64,000 bases of DNA from Podarcis liolepis (lineage: Eukaryota): NCBI GenBank assembly GCA_965112155.1, contig OZ218114.1, one strand, 5' to 3'. Below, piece by piece: positions 58,668 through 64,000 of this stretch (position 1 is its first letter; each line of letters starts with the position of its first letter). A program made the position numbers and the translations under genes. Below the pieces are notes generated by a model. That model made no database searches and was not told the origin of the DNA. It saw nothing but the letters and a program-made list of their open reading frames with translations.

Positions 58668-61628
58668 TATAAGAATATAAGAAGAGCCTGCTGGATCAGG
58701 CCAATGGCACCTCTAGTCTAGCATCCTGTTAGCCAACCAGATGCCCTTAATGGGAAACCTCCAATCAGGATTCGAGCACAAGAACACCTCCTGTTGTTTC
58801 CAGCATTGCTGCCTCCAGCTGTTGAGGCAGAGCAAAGCCATCCTGCCTAGTAGTCATTGAAAGGCTTGTTGCCCTCCATGAATTTGCCCAATCCCTATTT
58901 TAAAGCCATCTAGGTTGATAGCCACCACTGCCTCCTGGGGGAGCGAGTTCCATAGTTTAACTATGCTCTGTGAACTTCCTTTATATATTGATCACTGGCT
59001 TCGTCCAAGGGCTTTCTTCATCTTTCTTTCACACAACTCTGTGAGGTGGTGAATACAGCAAAGAGTCTTGAGGCACCTCAAAGCCTAACAAATGCATTAC
59101 ACAACATGAGCGTTCCTGAGCCAGGAGGACATCAGAAGAGGACAAACAGGACAAAGGAAGTTGCCTTACACTGAGTCAGACCATCTAGCTCAGTGCTGGA
59201 ATCAGCCCTCCAAAATTTGAGGACATTCCCAGCCCTACTGAGAGATGGAAACCAGGACTTTCCGCTGCCTTATACTGATCCATTCTGTACAGTTTCAGAC
59301 CCCACCCCCCGCAAAGTGCCAAACAGCCAAAGAATACAAGATACAGTACTACTGTATCTAGTGCAACAAGATTGCTTTTGTTGTTGTTATTATTATTTTT
59401 GCACTATCGATGCACACGACACTTCACACAGTAGAAGAGGACAGATCTCTGCCCCAAGGATCTTCCACATTTCCCATGAGAGGAGTGGGATGGACAAAAT
59501 ACACATTTATTTCAGTCATGCATATTTTCTGGTGTCTGGTCAGGCTAAGGAAGATAGCCAGTGTCCAAGCTGAATCTCTAGTGGCAGAGTGTTCCACAGG
59601 ACTGGGCTAATGACATTAAGGCTCCACTCCTAGTTGTTGTCAAATGACCCTTGCCAACTCAGGGAACGACCCATGACACTCCTTCAGAATATCTTGCTGA
59701 CCAGGCTGGGATGTAAGGGTTCAGGCGATCCCTGGAACTAATTTGTTAATGGCTTTATAAATTAATACTGCAATAGGACCTTAAACCCGGCTCAGTAGCA
59801 TTCTGCAGCAGCTTGGGCTTGCAAACCAGGCCTAAGGACCACCCCACATACACCACATTGCAGTAATCCAACCTTGAGGCTAGCAACACATGGACCACAG
59901 TGGTACCAAAGAGTGTCAAAAAATAGCAAGCTTTTGAGACCTGCAGAGCTCTTCATCACGTAAGACCCTACACAGGGTGCGAAGAGAGTAGAGGAAAAAT
60001 AATATTAATGTTCTCCCTTTCTACCTCCTGCTTTATGTAACCTGACGAAGAACTCTGCAGAACTTGAAAGCTTACGTATCGTCTTCTGATGTTTTGGTTA
60101 ATACAGTATAATGGTGAAATTGATTTCTCCACCGCACAAATGCACTGGATCCCAGCGGGTTATGGTGAGAGGTTGCTGTTTTTCTCTCCCTGCAGTGTCT
60201 GCTGTTTAGAAATACCCAGCGCCGGAGGAGGAGGAGTCTCGCAGGCATCCAGGCAGGAAACGGCTCGACGTCTTTTGCCATCACCTGGGAAAGTAAATTC
60301 TTCGCTTTCTCCCCGGCAGCTGAGCTGACATGCTCCAGCGTGGAGGAGACAAAGGGAAGGGAAGCCCCTTGCTAGATCAGCCGCTGGCTATGGTTTTTGC
60401 ACCGTGGTGATGTGAACGTGCGCTGTGCAAAATGCAACCTTTAGAATAAATAAACAAACAAATGCTTCTTTTATTTTTTTAAAAAAGCATTGATTCCGAG
60501 AAGAAATTCAGAATCCAGTTTGACTCTCCTGCTGTGGAATTGCAGCCTCCAGGAATAACAAGAGAGAGAGGTAAGGAAGCGGCTGTTTGGATCTGGGAAG
60601 TCATTCAAACCGCTAAATTGTTTGCAAATCCTTGTCATTGAATCAAAGCAAGGCGGAAAGGAAAAGAAAAAGATAAAAATTTAAGAAGCAACATAATAAA
60701 AGGTGTAGAGGGGTGTGTGAGAAATCATGTATTTTTCAGCGTGTGATTTATGCATTTTAAAAAATGTGTTTGGTTCCAGTTTAATCCTGTCCACGTCTAC
60801 TTTAAAGTAAGCCTCATAGATTTCTATGGGTCTAACTCCCCAGCTGAGCATGTCTAGGATGGCAGAGGGCTGGATTTCTCTGGGTTGAATGCAAGCAGTG
60901 ACCAGCAATGCAGGGGGACAAGGAAATAAGTGAGGGAAGTCTAGCTGTGAAAGAGGCTGGTCACTGTATTAATTTATTTAAAATATTTATTACCCGCTCT
61001 TCATTGAAGGATTTCGGGGTGGTGAACAGAACCTGGGAATAGAATCCACATGCCATAGAAATGCAACTGGTACTCCAGCAAGAAAACGTGGCAAAACCAA
61101 AATCTGCCTTACAAAATCACAATAAAACAATAAAATATATTTATTTATTATAAAATACATAAAACTAAAAAGCACCTCCAGATGCTTTGAACTACAACTA
61201 CTGTTGGTCCTTGCAACATTTAGATCTTCAATATCTATTCTGCTAATGCAAAATATAAAAAATATATATATCACACGTTGCATGTTCCCTCTCTTTGCAT
61301 TAACACTCCCCCCTCCCCTGTGTTCTGGGTATTGAATGTGCTTGCACTGGTAGTATTGCCGCTGCAGCAAGTCTATTGCCAACCTGGTGTCATCCAGTTG
61401 CTTTGAACTACAACTCCCATCAGCCCTTGCAGCCAGAAAAGCCATGGAAACTGGCAGCCACCGCACCTGAAGGGCACCACATTGGCTATCCTTGTTCCAT
61501 TGCAAGCAAAGGCTGGTCCATTAGAGTGAACGGGGCACTTCCTTACCAGTCTCAGTCTGCCCTCAGCCTACCTCCTGCCTGCTTTCCTACTTACACCCAG
61601 CCCAGGAGGTGGCAGGACAACTGTGAAG

Positions 61629-61775
61629 CAGTGGCGTAGCGTGGGTTGTCAGCACCCGGGGCAAGGCAAGTAATTTGCGCCCCCTAACCCGTGGATTTGC
61701 GCCCCCTAACCCTAACCCCCAGATGTTGCGCCCGGTGTGGTCGGCCCCCCCTGCACCCCCCACGCTACGCCACTG
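61629..61775. mobile_element. hAT MITE with CCCTAA motifs
   Basis: TIR CAGTGGCGTAGCGTGGG; TSD CTGTGAAG. Confidence 0.9.
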
Positions 61776-62112
61776 CTGTGAAGGACTAGCTGAACCTTAT
61801 GGCTAGTAGCCGTCAATAGCCCTCCATGTCACCTTCCTCCAGTCTCAGCATTTCCCCTGTAGAACTCAGCAGGGAGGAGGAGGATGGGGACAAAACTAAG
61901 TTTAGTTGGCTTTGTCTGTTGTTGGTTTTGGCTCTACCTCCTGTTCGACTCCCTGCCTTAGGTCCCACCAACTCTCACTGGGTACCAGACATCACTGTTC
62001 ACTGCTTGCAGAGTTGGAAGGGACCAGGAATCTTGGCCCAACGTGGGGCAAAATGATTAAGAGCCTCATGCTGTACCAACTGAGCTGAGGAGTTTATCCT
62101 TATCCTGAGATA

Positions 62113-62274
62113 AAGGTAAAGGGACCCCTGACCATTAGGTCCAGTTGTGGCCAACTCTGGGGTTGCGGCACTCATCTCGCTTTATTGGCCAAGGGAGCGG
62201 GGATTCGAACTCCCGACTTTCTGATCGGCAAGTCCTAGGTTCTGTGGTTTAACCCACAGCACCACCCGCGTCCC
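62113..62274 (-). mobile_element. Internally deleted Sauria SINE
   Basis: Head and tail intact, core missing; TSD TATCCTGAGATA. Confidence 0.85.
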
Positions 62275-62583
62275 TATCCTGAGATAGCTGTTCCTAAATT
62301 GCCCTCGGGAGGTCCAGTCCCCAGTGCCCTAGGGATGCTTGAAGGAGATAGATTGTTTACAGCTCTGCAATAATGTGTCATCTCCCCACCCCCAAATAAT
62401 AGAAAACCTCCAGGGCAGCAATATTTTGGCTAAAGCGCTTTCCCCCGCCAAGAGCACCATTCCCTCCTGTGGCTTCCAGCAACAGGAACATTACTTGCCT
62501 CCAGTAATGTGGAAGAAGAGCATAGCCAACATGGCCCAGATGAACACAGCAAAACGTTTTGATGCATTGTAATTCATGTTCAT

Positions 62584-62876
62584 GTGGTTAAACCACAGAG
62601 CCTAGGGCTTGCTGATCAGAAGGTCAGCAGTTCGAATCTCCGCCATGGGGTGAGCTCCTGCTGCTTGGTCCCTGCTCCTGCCAACCTAGCAGTTCAAAAG
62701 CATGTCAAAGTGCAAGTAGATAAATAGGTACCGCTCCGGCGGGAAGGTAAACGGCGTTTCTGCTGGCCACATGACCCGGAAGCTGTACGCCGGCTCCCTC
62801 GGCCAATAAAGCGAGATGAGCGCTGCAACCCCAGAGTCGGCCACGACTGGACCTAATGTTCAGGGGTCCCTTTACC
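62584..62876 (+). mobile_element. Sauria SINE
   Basis: TSD TAATTCATGTTCAT; TTTACCT tail. Confidence 0.88.
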
Positions 62877-64000
62877 TAATTCATGTTCATAGTTTGGTCG
62901 ATGTTATTTATGTTCTGATTTTCAAACTTGTTTTTAACCTTGGCTTTTGCCGGCAATTGTAACAATGCATTTTCACAAGGACTCCCCCCCCCAACAAACA
63001 AACAAACAAACAACCCTCAAAGTGATTTGGAAATGCAGAGAATTGATCTTAAGACTGGGACAATGAAAATGGGGGAAACTGACAGGTTTGCCCAACTTTA
63101 GTGGCAACAAGCGACTGGTGATGGGGATAACAGCCATGTCTCCCTCAGGCCTTGAACTCCTTTGGCAAAGGCTTTGACAAAAATATGTTTTCCCGAGACT
63201 GCTCATAGAAAGGCAAAGCAAATGGCTCTTGGGGGCAGGGCGTGGTGCAAGAAGAGTTAGCGAAACTAGATGGCTTTCTGCTTCATTGAGCTATTCAGCT
63301 GTCCTAGCAGACTAGGGTTATCTTCTTCTTCATTTGAATAGAAAGGCAAACCTTAAATCAATCAGTTGCCGCCACCGACCACACCTGGGGCTGGTCAGCT
63401 TGAGGGCACTGGGACAGATCCCTCCCATGAAGCTATTTTAAAATCTGGCTCCTGGCAGCCCTTCCAAATTTTAAATTGGGACGCGATTCACCTTTTGCCT
63501 ACACTTGAAAGGGAAGAAGCGTTGCTCCTATGGCAAATTCTCTGTGAAGTGCCTCTGCTGTTCATCTCTCATTACCTTGTCCCACAGGCCAAGATATTTT
63601 GATGCTGAGAGGCAGAACATTTAAATGTCACCCCCTGTGCGGGCAAGAATAGGATAGGCAATTATTTCTTGCCTTATCTGCTGCCCTTTAGTGCTGCTCT
63701 GAAATTTGCTGCCTGAGGTACACGGATTTGCCGTGCCAATTTCATTCTCCTCACCTTTCATCCACTGTCGCCTTCCAGAGAGGACGCGATTGAAGTTTAT
63801 AAAAGTATGCAGTGTGGAGAAAGGAGAGAGAAGTACCCCCCCCAAAAAAACCCACCCTATTTATTTATTGCATTTCTACCCTCCCTCATCCTCAAGGGAT
63901 AAGGTGCTCAAGGTGGTGTATGTGGTATTTTCCCTATCTCATTTCATCCTCACCACAACCCTCTGCATTAGGTTATACTGAGAGGCAGTGACTGTTTGTA

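Noticed and set aside
60089-60328. Plus-strand CC motif (SVCCLEIP) as a chemokine exon
   Set aside because: Lacks the third Cys and the rest of the chemokine pattern.

Overview
Vertebrate genomic DNA, almost certainly a squamate and probably a lacertid lizard (inferred from Sauria SINEs, BovB, L2/CR1 and lizard-type MITEs). It carries the conserved CCT6A-PSPH-NIPSNAP2(GBAS)-MRPS17 block. CCT6A exons 1-5 are on the minus strand and the gene runs off the left edge; its introns host a SNORA22 and a SNORA15-like H/ACA snoRNA. PSPH is on the plus strand (5 coding exons, 226 aa, head-to-head with CCT6A). NIPSNAP2 is on the minus strand (10 exons, 290 aa) and MRPS17 is on the minus strand (2 coding exons, 137 aa). 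All coding exon boundaries were read from GT/AG signals and their phases join. The most striking element is a very young Penelope-like retroelement in NIPSNAP2 intron 1: two 1000-bp inverted arms around a 127-bp spacer. Each arm carries a hammerhead ribozyme motif and an open GIY-YIG endonuclease ORF whose ATG was supplied by the template-switch junction. Other points of interest are a cluster of ATF4/C-EBP elements upstream of the PSPH coding exons, a possible PSPH N-terminal extension and overlapping uORF, several fossil hammerhead motifs, and MITEs with telomere-like or ZNF143-like motifs. Most ORFs in the supplied track are spurious or transposon-derived.
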